Part shown: piece by piece, positions 20,487 to 29,679 of the stretch
How positions within the stretch are numbered: the stretch's first letter is position 1
Layout of the letters: each line of letters opens with the position of its first letter
Assembly (NCBI GenBank): GCA_049800095.1
Contig: JBARJD010000044.1
Location: 1-42,690, forward strand
Length of the DNA stretch: 42,690 nt
DNA from: Thermoplasmata archaeon
GTDB lineage: Archaea > Thermoplasmatota > Thermoplasmata > Lutacidiplasmatales > UBA184
Reading direction: 5' to 3'
Made by a program: the position numbers and the translations under genes
The notes under the pieces: model-generated
What the model was told of the DNA's origin: nothing
The model's input: only the letters and a program-made list of their open reading frames with translations
Database searches by the model: none

Positions 20487-20965
20487 TCACCAGGGTTTTC
20501 GCGGCTGATTGATGTCGAATTCGTCGCCCTCAGGGTCCTGCATCAAAGCTGCATAGTGGTCGATCTCCGTTTCGTCCCAGTACTCGAACAGAATAGCTCC
20601 GAGTGAGATCAATCGTTCCGCGGCTTGGATCACTCGATCCTGTCGAGCGGCGAGCGGAACGTGGGGGCCCCCGCTCGCCTGGATATCCAGATGAAGTCTG
20701 TTCTTGGGAACCTTAGGCTCCGGCACTTGGTGGAACCAGATACGAGGCCCGGCCCCTTTCGGGTCGATTATCCAATCACTGCTGTCGTAGCTTACGTCGT
20801 CAGGAACGCCCTTGCTCCGCCAGTAGGCTGTCCAGCTTTCAACACCCTCCGGGGGACCTCAAGTACATATCGAAGGGCCTCGGCCCAAGAGCACGTCAGT
20901 CGGTCTGGGTCCGAGCCGTCGAAAGCCAGCTGGAACCTGACGGTCAGGGTCCACTCCCCTAAGAG
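20487..20965 (-). pseudogene. Glyoxalase-like-domain protein, frameshifted in a G5/C5 homopolymer, with no start codon
   Basis: Frame A reads ...WTLTVRFQLAFDGSDPDRLTCSWAEALRYVLEVP. Frame B reads PEGVESWTAYWRSKGVPDDVSYDSSDWIIDPKGAGPRIWFHQVPEPKVPKNRLHLDI... The two frames join at the run 20851..20855. Restoring one C gives YVLEVPPEGVESW. Confidence 0.65.
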
Positions 20966-21095
20966 GGGTGGACGAGTCGGGACTGATCGGTGTCACCCCC
21001 CAAGTTCGACTCCCGCGCACGTGGAGAAAGCGCCTGCGGCTCCGGTAGAGTTCGGCTGCAGTCTGTTTGTCGTAGCGTTTGGAGAGAGGTCCCCT

Positions 21096-23045
21096 CTACT
21101 TCCGCGGTTGGACCGGTCGTCCGAGATTCGCCATAAGCTCGATGAACCTCGAGTCTCTCCGGGCGGCTGAAAACAACGGTGAGAGGCGGACCCGGGAGGC
21201 CGGCATCGTGTGCGCCTTCGCAGCCATGAACATGTACTCAAAGAACTTGTCAAAGTCGCCCAGCGCGAAATAAATGAATCCGACGGAGGACTGCCGGGAA
21301 TAGCCCTCTCCGAAGGTCGCCTTGAGCTTCTCGATGCACTTCATCGCGGTATCTCGATCGTCGCGCAGGGCGGATAGATATCCTCGACAGAGAAGGGCGT
21401 AGTCACCACCGGGCGCCCGTCGCTCCAGTTCTTGCACGGCGGTCTCCGCTTGATCAAGATCGCCGTTGAGCATGTAGTAGTCCGCCATTCCGCGGTTGGC
21501 GTCCAGGGGTGCCAACTCCGCGACCTTTTTCCAGTGAGCCATCGACTCCTCGAGCCTTCCAACAAAAAAGTAGGCGTTCCCCAGGTACCGAATCGAGGCG
21601 GGGGACAGCGGGTCCAAACGGTACGCCTCCTCGGCCTGCTGGACGTACGCTTCGACGATCCCGAGGGAACCCGCGAGATTGCCCAGCATTGCGTGCGCAT
21701 GAGAAAGGTTCGGGTTCAATTCCAAGGCCCGTCGGACTTCGAAATCGAGAATGCCTGCGATATCGTCCGACATGAACGCGACCTCAGCGAGCAGCACGTG
21801 GGCATCTGCCAAGTCCGGGTCTAACACGGCGGCCTTTTCGGCGGCCGCCTTCGCCAGCTTGATCGAATCCATCCAGGGGAGAATGCCCTCGTTTCCGAGT
21901 TGAATGTAGGCGCGAGACACCCCGGCGTAAGCTCTCGCGTAGCCGGGGTCCTTCAGGATAGCCCTCTGAAAGTGTTCGATGGAGCGACGGAGGGAGGCAT
22001 CGTCCGACTTCCACATGAGCGACTGACCCTGGAGGAAGTCGAGGTATGCTTCGGTCTCGCTGGGTTTCTGAAGCTCTGAAACAGGAGCCTTGCTCCTTCC
22101 CAGGCTGCCGGGTAACGAGCTCGCCACCTTGCTCGCAATCTCACTTTGGACCGCGAAGATATCGTCGAGATCATCGTCGTATTTTGCTGTCCAAAGATGT
22201 TCCTCGGTGGCCACATCGATCACCTGGACCGTCACTCGAATCCGGTTTGCCGCCCGTCGCACGCTCCCTTCGACGACGGTGCCGACGCCGAGTTCCTTTC
22301 CAATCGTCGCAACTTTCTTGTCCGTCTTCCGATACCCGATGACGGACGTGCGAGCGATGACCTTGAGTCCGGGAACGAGAGAAAGGTTCGCAATCAGCTC
22401 TTCCGTGAGTCCATCCGCAAAGTAGTCGTCATTCGGGTCGGGGCTGATGTTGGCAAAGGGGAGAACGGCAATTCGGCTGGGATCACGAATCAGTGTCTCG
22501 TGGTCCGAGACCGAATCTCCGTTGAAAATCCAAGGCAGCAAGAGGCGGTAGATGTCGAGAGGAGTGTCGACGCCCTTGATGGACCTCGGCGGCAACTTCT
22601 CGAACTTCTCTTGGACTTTGGTTCGAACCTGGTCGTATACTGCGCCGGAAACACAGATACCCCCGGAGTCAGCCATCGGCTCGATCCGAGCTGCGACGTT
22701 GACCGCGTCTCCCAGAATGTCCGTTCCGTTCGGAACGACATCTCCTAGATGTATTCCTACTCGAATCCGAATAGGATTGTGACCGCCTTCAGAATTCCAT
22801 TCGTTGATCCGGCGCTGAATGTTCACCGCGCACTGAACGGCTTTGAGCGCACTGTCGAATTCAACGAGGAAGCCGTCGCCGGTCGACTTGATCTCTCGGC
22901 CCTGGTGCACACCCACTAACGGTCGAACCAGCTCGGATTGCTGCCGGAGCAAGTCGAGCGTGCGACCCTCGTCGGCCTGACTGGACGCCGTGTATCCGAC
23001 CGTGTCGGTGAACATAATCGCGGCGAGGCGTCGGGTCGAAGCCAC
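21096..23045 (-). CDS. Class III cyclase - TolB-N-like - TPR protein (paralog 2)
   Basis: Same architecture as paralog 1 and very close to paralog 3 (RRLAAIMFTDTVGYTASSQADEGRTLDLLRQQSELVRPLVG...). The start is placed at the GTG at 23045 (MASTRRLAAIMFTD). Confidence 0.9.
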   Translation of the reverse strand: MASTRRLAAIMFTDTVGYTASSQADEGRTLDLLRQQSELVRPLVGVHQGREIKSTGDGFLVEFDSALKAVQCAVNIQRRINEWNSEGGHNPIRIRVGIHLGDVVPNGTDILGDAVNVAARIEPMADSGGICVSGAVYDQVRTKVQEKFEKLPPRSIKGVDTPLDIYRLLLPWIFNGDSVSDHETLIRDPSRIAVLPFANISPDPNDDYFADGLTEELIANLSLVPGLKVIARTSVIGYRKTDKKVATIGKELGVGTVVEGSVRRAANRIRVTVQVIDVATEEHLWTAKYDDDLDDIFAVQSEIASKVASSLPGSLGRSKAPVSELQKPSETEAYLDFLQGQSLMWKSDDASLRRSIEHFQRAILKDPGYARAYAGVSRAYIQLGNEGILPWMDSIKLAKAAAEKAAVLDPDLADAHVLLAEVAFMSDDIAGILDFEVRRALELNPNLSHAHAMLGNLAGSLGIVEAYVQQAEEAYRLDPLSPASIRYLGNAYFFVGRLEESMAHWKKVAELAPLDANRGMADYYMLNGDLDQAETAVQELERRAPGGDYALLCRGYLSALRDDRDTAMKCIEKLKATFGEGYSRQSSVGFIYFALGDFDKFFEYMFMAAKAHTMPASRVRLSPLFSAARRDSRFIELMANLGRPVQPRK

Positions 23046-23066
23046 GGAGTGAGGATTGCACGGGTC

Positions 23067-23074
23067 AGATAAAA
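23067..23074 (-). promoter_or_regulatory. TATA-like box of cyclase paralog 2
   Basis: The coding strand reads TTTTATCTGACCCG, about 25 nt upstream of the GTG at 23045. Confidence 0.55.
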
Positions 23075-23208
23075 TCCACCCCACACCGAATTCGAAGGGG
23101 CCGCCCCCAAACGGCCCTCTTCGGCGTCGAAGGGCGTTCGGAACCTCTTCCGTACCGGATGCGTACGCGGATTAGCGGTTGGTTTGGAATCCCATGAGTG
23201 GGCAAACT

Positions 23209-23257
23209 CCCTCACCCCCATCCGGCTAGCTTCAAAGTGACTTGCCCACTTCGTCAA
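23209..23257. repeat. Degenerate composite palindrome element
   Basis: (gt)GGGCAA actccc TCACCCC ...TTCAAAGTGAC TTGCCC ACTT. It is collinear with the 38298..38347 element. Confidence 0.45.
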
Positions 23258-23634
23258 TCGGGACTGGAAGGAGGGGGCAAACGTACGCCGGGCGCGCTGC
23301 CACTATGACAGTCTCGGGGTGTGGCAGGAGAGGGTAGACCGCTCGTGGACCTCTTGGGAGCTGGGTCGGGCAGAATCCGCATGTGACCTGCAAGTGCATG
23401 TGGGGCACAAGTGGAATCCTCGCAATCCGGACAATGTCCCGAATCGTTTCGATGTCATGCCCGGACTTTGGTTGAGTGGTTCAGCGTTCAGGATGACGCA
23501 CACCCTGCCCCGAGGAGCTTCAAGTCAATTCCGAACTGAAGTCACCGGAAAGCAGGGGTGATTGACAGCGACGCCCGTCGCACCTTCCATCGGGGCAGAA
23601 TGCTACCTATCTCGGAACGGTTCCACAATGGCCT

Positions 23635-24657
23635 ATGGGCCAGTCTCGGAGTCAGAATACAAGTTTGGGGACTTCTAGACCCCCCAATGACTACCCAAAG
23701 GGGCGTCCCGCGATTGACCGGCGAGCTCGTCGAGGCACTCGAAATGGGGCGCGATTCAAACCAGAGGGCCAATCCGGGAGACGAACTTGGAGTGGGGCCG
23801 TAGAGCAGTTTATCGCATGGAAACGGAACGAAGGTCGCGTCGGCGAATCTTGGCTTGTCCGGATGCGCTGGGAGTTGCTGCGAGTGCCAACGCTTCTCCG
23901 ACATGTCGCGCCCAAAATCTTGACTCCAACTCCGAGCCGCTTGCAACCGGACGACATCCGAGCACTAAGACGCGGTCTTCCTTGGGAACGTGCGACCTGG
24001 GCGGTCCATCTGTCGGCGCTCCGGCAGTTCCTCCGTTGGACCGGAAACCCGTGCGCCAATCAGACACCTCTATGGGCTCTTCCCACCGGAGAACCCAGCC
24101 ACCGTCGTTGGATTTCCAAAGACCAGCTCTTGCGTTTGGTTCGGAAAGCTCGGGGACCGGAGAAAATCCTGGTCTGCCTGGAGGGGCTCAACGGTCTTCG
24201 GCGAGTTGAAGTTCTTCGGCTTCGTTCAAAGGATGTGCTGTTCGACGAGGGTGCACTGCGGATTCTCGGCAAGGGGCGGTATGGTGGGAAATGGCGAACG
24301 ATTCCGATGCACCCTGCGACGCGTGCGGCCCTCGCGAAGTGGCTCAAGACCAAGGAAAGTGCCGACCTCGTATTGCCCCTATCACGATCTGGGGTTGACG
24401 CCATCTTGCGCCGTTTGGCGCTTCGGTCGGGATTCGATATGAAGTTGAGCAAGGTCTCTCATCATGATCTTCGCCGGACTTTTGGCCGCCTCTCCCATCG
24501 AGCCGGCATGAGCCTCGTGCAGCTGAAGAATCTCTACGGCCACAGCTCTCTCGACCAAACCGCCGGCTACATTGGCCTGGATCGGGACGAGATGCGGGAG
24601 GGGCTCGAACGATTTGCCCGAAGCCTGACGTCGCCGTCGCCTCCCAATCGGCAATAG
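23635..24657 (+). CDS. Tyrosine recombinase / phage-integrase family (XerC/D-like)
   Basis: Catalytic signature is intact: ...GLRRVEVLRL (R), GKGRYGGKWRTIP (K), HHDLRRTF (HxxR), LYGHSSLDQTAGYI (H..Y). The first 55 aa or so are Arg/Gly-rich low complexity and the true start is uncertain. Confidence 0.85.
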   Translation: MGQSRSQNTSLGTSRPPNDYPKGRPAIDRRARRGTRNGARFKPEGQSGRRTWSGAVEQFIAWKRNEGRVGESWLVRMRWELLRVPTLLRHVAPKILTPTPSRLQPDDIRALRRGLPWERATWAVHLSALRQFLRWTGNPCANQTPLWALPTGEPSHRRWISKDQLLRLVRKARGPEKILVCLEGLNGLRRVEVLRLRSKDVLFDEGALRILGKGRYGGKWRTIPMHPATRAALAKWLKTKESADLVLPLSRSGVDAILRRLALRSGFDMKLSKVSHHDLRRTFGRLSHRAGMSLVQLKNLYGHSSLDQTAGYIGLDRDEMREGLERFARSLTSPSPPNRQ

Positions 24658-24714
24658 AAAACTATTGGAGGCCCTTGACCAGCCCCGCGACCAACCGCAC
24701 TCGTCGGTCGCCGA

Positions 24715-24734
24715 GTTGCAATGGAAGTTGCACC
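24715..24734. repeat. Intergenic palindrome (1 mismatch, reversed spacer class)
   Basis: GtTGCAA tggaag TTGCACC. Confidence 0.8.
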
Positions 24735-24877
24735 TTCGGGCTGCTCAGCCCAGCTTTGGGGCGCCTCACAAAAACCCTCATTTGAAAAGGCTTAGGTCAT
24801 ACTACAGTCGGTTGGGCAGCGGGAGCCCATGGGCGCGTATTGAACCCGCTTTGAACATGAGTCCCCCGGGCCGGAAC

Positions 24878-24884
24878 TTAATCT
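24878..24884 (+). promoter_or_regulatory. TATA-like box of cyclase paralog 3
   Basis: CTTAATCTAACGGG, about 25 nt upstream of the GTG at 24906. It is nearly identical to the paralog-1 box. Confidence 0.6.
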
Positions 24885-24905
24885 AACGGGAGCGGTCACC
24901 GGCTC

Positions 24906-26858
24906 GTGGCCGGGAACCGCCGACTCGTCGCGATAATGTTCACTGACACTGTGGGCTACACCGCCTCGACCCAAAATAACGAGGCCCGTACGCTCGACCT
25001 ACTCCGCCAGCAGGAGGAGCTCGTCCGCCCACTAGTGGGCCATCACCAGGGTCGGGAAGTTAAGTCAACCGGGGACGGATTCTTGGTCGAGTTCGACAGC
25101 GCGCTCAAGGCCACCCAGTGCGCGGTGAACATCCAACGGCGGATCTACGAGCGTAATGCGGAGGGGACCCTCCCTCCGATCCAGATCCGGATCGGCATTC
25201 ACTTAGGAGATGTAGTGCAGAGCGGCACGGACGTCTTCGGGGATACCGTGAACATCGCCGCCCGCATCGAACCCATGGCCGAGCCGGGAGGGATTTGCGT
25301 GTCGGGCGCGGTGTACGATCAGGTCCGGAACAAGATTCCCGACAAGCTCGAGAAGCTGCCGCCGACGGCCCTCAAAGGTCTGCAGAGCCCCATGGACATC
25401 TACCGGGTTGTGCTGCCGTGGACCGTCGGCGAGCGGTCCTCCGAGAACTCGAGCTCCTCCCCGCTTGACAAGAGCCGGATCGCCGTCCTCCCGTTCGTAA
25501 GCATGAGCCCGGACCCGAACGACGAATACTTCGCGGATGGGCTCACCGAGGAACTGATCGCGGACCTGGCGCTCATCAAGGGACTTCAGGTGGTCGCCCG
25601 GACCTCCGTCATGAATTACAAGAAGAAAGGGAAAAACATCTCGGAGATTGGAAGGGAGCTCGGCGTCGGCACCGTGATCGAAGGGAGTGTACGGAAGGCA
25701 GCGAACCGAATCCGGGTTACGGTCCAAATGATCGATGTGGCCACGGAAGGACACCTGTGGGCGTCGAAGTACGACGACAGCCTCGACGACGTCTTCGCGG
25801 TGCAGACCGACATTGCTACGAAGGTGGCTGAATCCATCCCTAGGAGCCTTTCCACAACGAAGGCCCCGGTTCCGGCGCCGGAAGAGACCCGGGATGTGCA
25901 AGCCTACCTATCGTTTCTCCAAGGGCAGGCCACCGCGTACCGGCACGAGGAGGAACCGTTGAGGCAATCCTTGGGATTTTTCGAAAAAGCCGTGGAGAGA
26001 GACCCGGCGTTTTCCAGGGCATATGCCGCAACAGCGAGGGTTTACATCCGGCTGGGCTACGAAGGGTTCCTCTCATGGACCGAGGCCATTGACCTCGGAA
26101 AAGCCGCGGCTGAGAAGGCGCGTTCGATCAGCCCCGGTCTGGCCGAGGCGCACTCCGTCCTGTCGGAACTGGCCTTCCTGGCGGACGACCCGATTGAGGT
26201 GCAAGAGGGGGAGGCGAAGAAAGCACTGGAGCTCAATCCCAACCTCGCCGAGGCTCACAATATGTTGGGGCAGATTGCAGGAATGCTCGGGGAGCTAGAA
26301 CCCTATGTCGATCACCTCGAGAGGGCGTACCGTTTGGATCCGCTGTCACCAGCCACCATCAGAGAGCTCGGAAGGGCCTACTTCTACGCGGACCGAGGAG
26401 AGGATGCCCTGGAACTTTGGAAAAGGACGCTCCGTATCGACCCGATCAACTCCCTCCGTGGAATGACCGACTATTACGTTGCGAAGGGCGACCTGGTAAA
26501 CGCCGGCGCCACGGTGGTGGAGATGGAGAGGATTGGGCCGAGTAACAGGTTTACACTTCTGAGCCGCGGGTACCTCGCCGCCCTTCAGGGGGACAAATCG
26601 ACCGCGATGGAGATGGTCAAGAAGCTTGAATCGGGGCGCGACCCGGGAGCCGTAGGACGCTGGCGAGATGCGGGCGTTATCTATCTGGCCCTCGGCGATG
26701 CGGACAAATTCTTCGAGTACATGTTTGACGCGGCGAAGGCACGCGATTTGGCGCCAAACTACCTCAGGTACCATCCGCTGTTCGCCCAAGTCCGGAAGGA
26801 CCCGCGGTTCGTCCAACTCCTCTCGCCCTTTGTGCGCCCGGTCCGCTCCCCTACCTAG
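24906..26858 (+). CDS. Class III cyclase - TolB-N-like - TPR protein (paralog 3)
   Basis: MAGNRRLVAIMFTDTVGYTAS..KSTGDGFLVEFDS..GDTVNIAARIE, then the TolB-like segment and TPRs, ending in ...RKDPRFVQLL. Confidence 0.9.
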   Translation: MAGNRRLVAIMFTDTVGYTASTQNNEARTLDLLRQQEELVRPLVGHHQGREVKSTGDGFLVEFDSALKATQCAVNIQRRIYERNAEGTLPPIQIRIGIHLGDVVQSGTDVFGDTVNIAARIEPMAEPGGICVSGAVYDQVRNKIPDKLEKLPPTALKGLQSPMDIYRVVLPWTVGERSSENSSSSPLDKSRIAVLPFVSMSPDPNDEYFADGLTEELIADLALIKGLQVVARTSVMNYKKKGKNISEIGRELGVGTVIEGSVRKAANRIRVTVQMIDVATEGHLWASKYDDSLDDVFAVQTDIATKVAESIPRSLSTTKAPVPAPEETRDVQAYLSFLQGQATAYRHEEEPLRQSLGFFEKAVERDPAFSRAYAATARVYIRLGYEGFLSWTEAIDLGKAAAEKARSISPGLAEAHSVLSELAFLADDPIEVQEGEAKKALELNPNLAEAHNMLGQIAGMLGELEPYVDHLERAYRLDPLSPATIRELGRAYFYADRGEDALELWKRTLRIDPINSLRGMTDYYVAKGDLVNAGATVVEMERIGPSNRFTLLSRGYLAALQGDKSTAMEMVKKLESGRDPGAVGRWRDAGVIYLALGDADKFFEYMFDAAKARDLAPNYLRYHPLFAQVRKDPRFVQLLSPFVRPVRSPT

Positions 26859-26914
26859 AAGGGTTCCGGTTGCAGGTTCGACCTCCCAGGGGTCCGGAAA
26901 CCGACCGTTTCAAA

Positions 26915-26934
26915 CGTGCAACGGAAGTTGCACC
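26915..26934. repeat. Intergenic palindrome (1 mismatch, reversed spacer class)
   Basis: cGTGCAA cggaag TTGCACC. Confidence 0.8.
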
Positions 26935-27020
26935 GTTGCCGACGGCGTAGAGTGATCAGACATGAGTCTTAATCCGGGAATCTAGCAGCGTGAAGGGATG
27001 CGATGAAAACTTACGTATAG

Positions 27021-27182
27021 GAAAGTTTCTCGCATCGCAGAGTCACTGAATCCACGCACGAGATTTACATCGAAATGGACCTGGAAGACGTCTGGGACTT
27101 CGTCCGATCTGAACTGACAGGTATTCGTCGGCTACTTGACCGCGCAGTGTTCCCCGATGTTTCTGAAAGCAAGCCCCGGTGA
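27021..27182 (+). pseudogene. 3' remnant of a hepT (DUF86/HEPN toxin) gene
   Basis: My translation: ...THEIYIEMDLEDVWDFVRSELTGIRRLLDRAVFP..*. Intact HepT at 35952..36296 reads ...VHEYVEVDLEDLWTFVRDELPGIRRLLDRAVLP*. 21 of the 26 residues from DLED onwards are identical. An in-frame TAG at 27018..27020 bounds the remnant upstream. Confidence 0.6.
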
Positions 27183-27204
27183 TTGGATCAAACCTCCCAG
27201 TGGG

Positions 27205-27225
27205 GGTCGCAACGGAGAATGCACC
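27205..27225. repeat. Degenerate palindrome copy downstream of the hepT remnant
   Basis: GGTcGCAA cggaga aTGCACC. Confidence 0.45.
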
Positions 27226-27273
27226 CGAATTCCCGCGAGCGAGAGTAGGTGAGTCCCCGGAGATTTTCTTCAC

Positions 27274-27852
27274 TCAACCCGTTGACGACAGTGCCCTTGC
27301 GGCGGGTGCTTCAGTGCGTCGACGAAGCTCGAGAACCAAATCATCCGCCAAGTCCCTCTTGGTAAGCTTGGATACGTAGTCCCAATCGATCACGCCGGAA
27401 TATTCGGTGGCAAGGGCCACGGCTTGGGCGAACAATTGATTAGAATTTCTCGGCCAAACTTTGGCCCCGATGAGCCGCTTAGCGATCAAGTCCTCGACCG
27501 CGGCTAGATGAACTGGACCGTACGGCGTCGACACCTCCCCCAATCGGGCTTCATCACCGGCATAATGCGTTCCGACCGGATCGACCCATAGCTTCAATTC
27601 AGGCCGAGACCAGAACCATCCCTTACGACTAAAGCCCCACTCCTCCAGAATTTCAATGAGGGCCTTGCGATTACCGACTAAGTCCACATCGTCTGAAACA
27701 TACTTTCCGCTTGTGTAGACTTCGATGGCCGAGCCACCTACGATCACAACCCCCGTCCTCGCCGCACGCGCCAGCAGTGCGCCAAGCCAGAGGTTTCTTT
27801 CAGAGCGATCCTTGGCCCTTTCAAGGGTTGCCCTTAGCTCGTCCGCGTTCAA
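27274..27852 (-). CDS. Minimal nucleotidyltransferase-fold protein (AbiEii-like / DUF2204-like), pair 1
   Basis: VVIVGGSAIEVYTSGKYVSDDVDLVG fits the pol-beta NTase pattern G[GS]-x(9-14)-DxD. The gene overlaps the upstream wHTH gene by 4 nt (ATGA). Confidence 0.6.
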   Translation of the reverse strand: MNADELRATLERAKDRSERNLWLGALLARAARTGVVIVGGSAIEVYTSGKYVSDDVDLVGNRKALIEILEEWGFSRKGWFWSRPELKLWVDPVGTHYAGDEARLGEVSTPYGPVHLAAVEDLIAKRLIGAKVWPRNSNQLFAQAVALATEYSGVIDWDYVSKLTKRDLADDLVLELRRRTEAPAARALSSTG

Positions 27853-28334
27853 CGGGAGGTCCGATTTGTTCGGACGGAGGTCCGAGCCCCAGCCTTCGCG
27901 AGAACGGCATCCTTCTGACTTCGTCGTCGGATCTCATTGGCCGAAGGGGTACGGCCAGGTTTGAACTTGGACAAATCCAAGGGATCTCGTGCGCTCCTCT
28001 GCATGGCCATTGCGGCGCGCCGCTCTCGTTCTTGCGCACCGCGGGTGAGATCTTGGCTCCAAACGACTCGAAGGCGTCGGCGCAGGAGGGTCTTCAAGTC
28101 CGGGTCCACCACTACCCACCCATCCTGATTCTCTGGAGTGGGGGCCTTTTCGACCTCATGGAATAGGAGGAGCCGTTTTAGTTCCCGATAGACATTTGGC
28201 GGTTTAATCCCCACAATCGTGGCAACGCGGTACGCCGTAAGGGGGGCGGATGCGTTGGCTAGAGCGGCAAGTGTCCGTACGCGGTCCTCCGATCCGAAGA
28301 GCGTCGCAAGTCCGGGATCTACTGTAAGTGTCAT
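27849..28334 (-). CDS. Winged-helix DNA-binding protein (AbiEi-like antitoxin/regulator), pair 1
   Basis: LFGSEDRVRTLAALANASAPLTAYRVATIVGIKPPNVYRELKRL is a wHTH-like N-terminus. The C-terminal tail is basic. Confidence 0.6.
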   Translation of the reverse strand: MTLTVDPGLATLFGSEDRVRTLAALANASAPLTAYRVATIVGIKPPNVYRELKRLLLFHEVEKAPTPENQDGWVVVDPDLKTLLRRRLRVVWSQDLTRGAQERERRAAMAMQRSARDPLDLSKFKPGRTPSANEIRRRSQKDAVLAKAGARTSVRTNRTSR

Positions 28335-28341
28335 GATGATG

Positions 28342-28362
28342 TATTAGTCATATTGACTAATA
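28342..28362. promoter_or_regulatory. Perfect 9-3-9 palindrome overlapping the promoter of the 28334 wHTH gene (candidate operator)
   Basis: TATTAGTCA tat TGACTAATA, 8-28 nt upstream of the ATG, in an AT-rich spacer. Confidence 0.6.
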
Positions 28363-28524
28363 ACGATAACGGGTCTGTCACTGCTTAAGGGTTTCTAAAA
28401 TTTTGATGAAAGTCGGGCCCAGTCCTAAGAAGTACGCAAGTACAAACTTGAGTCTAAGGAACTGTATGAACCAGTGAAGTAACGCCAATGTGGAATTGGT
28501 CTCGAGGTACTGCACCCTGCATAA

Positions 28525-29529
28525 CATTCGAGCACAGAGCTAGATCTGTTCAATTCCTCCGGGACCTACGAGATGACCGATGGCCTCCTTCAGGGTGATT
28601 GTTTCAAAGTCATCGTCGCTCTAAAGTACTTCGAAGAGGCCAATCGAATAGACCCGACGTTCTCGCTGCCCTACGCCCGCCGGGCGCACAGTTACATCAT
28701 TCTTTCATCGGAGACCATGAGCCCCGGCGAGGCTTTCACCCACGCCAAGGAACTCACTTCTAAAGCGCTCCAACTCGACCCCAATTCCTGCGAAGTGCAC
28801 TCCGCCTTGGGCAACTCGGCGCTTCAGCAGGATCGGGACTGGGTTATGGTCGAACAGGAATTCAAGAATGCCACCTCGCTCAATCCAAGCAGCATAGTCG
28901 TTTGGAATTGGCATGCCGTGCTCCTGCGCGTCCTCTGTCGATTTGACCAAGCCATCGGGGAACTAAACACGGGCGTAGAGCTCGATCCGTTGACGAGAGA
29001 ATCCCAATCGGGCCTCTGCTTGGTGCACTAAATACGCGGAGACGACGCGGTTGCCCTTGCCCTCGCTGAAAAACTCCGAGACAGCGCGCCCCACAATCCC
29101 TTTTCTCATATTCGAGTGGGGTACAGTTACGCACGGGCAGGACGCTTGGAGGAGGCGCGTCATGAAATCGAACTGGTGAAAGGACCGTTCGCAGAAAGTC
29201 TGCTCGCGTTCAAAGTGGCGCTCCAAGCGATATTGGGTCAACCCGAAGAGGCTCGGCGACTGGCCAATGAGAGCGAGGATCGAGGCTCCAAGAAGTACGC
29301 TAGCACAACCGATACGGCGATTTTGTACGCCTCCCTGGGAGAAAAGGAGAAGGTTTTGGAGTGGTTCGAGATAGATCAGCAATCGGGAGATCGAGGGCTC
29401 TGGAACGGGTACCAGTTTCCCGTCTTCGATTTCGTCCGTGACGATCCAAGGTTTGAGTCGCTGCTCAGACGGATGAACCTCCCCACCGGTTGGCGCGGCA
29501 TCGGGGGACCCATTGGTCCGGCCCGCTGA
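28525..29529 (+). pseudogene. 5'-truncated, nonsense-interrupted TPR half of a fourth cyclase-TolB-TPR paralog
   Basis: Track ORFs 28573..29031 and 29116..29529 are in the same frame and are separated only by the TAA at 29029..29031. The sequence is collinear with the C-terminal approx. 300 aa of the paralogs (KYFEEANRIDPTFSLPYARRAHSY... through DDPRFESLLRRMNL). No cyclase or TolB-like part lies upstream. Confidence 0.7.
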
Positions 29530-29679
29530 CCGAGGGTCCGCGCGGCCGAACGTCGACTCACAACGCCACGTGGGGGCCCTCGTGGTTGTAATTGGGACTT
29601 CACTCCGGGAAGGTCCGGATGGGCCTAAATCGAGGAACCTAGTGCTAACGCGTTATGGCCTCGAACGGCTTCACCGGAC

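Noticed and set aside
23558-23803. ORF 23558..23803 as a possible frameshifted N-terminus of the integrase.
   Set aside because: Its translation shows no resemblance to recombinase core-binding domains, and joining it would need an unsupported frameshift. I kept the single 23635..24657 ORF with an uncertain start.
27043-27273. ORF 27043..27273 (-, 76 aa).
   Set aside because: It is antisense to the hepT remnant, whose peptide similarity to the intact HepT explains the open frame region better.
28405-28425. GAAAGTCGGGCC, reminiscent of the RNase P RNA CR-I box (GAGGAAAGTCC).
   Set aside because: It is an isolated word in an AT-rich spacer. No other conserved RNase P regions or helices are nearby.
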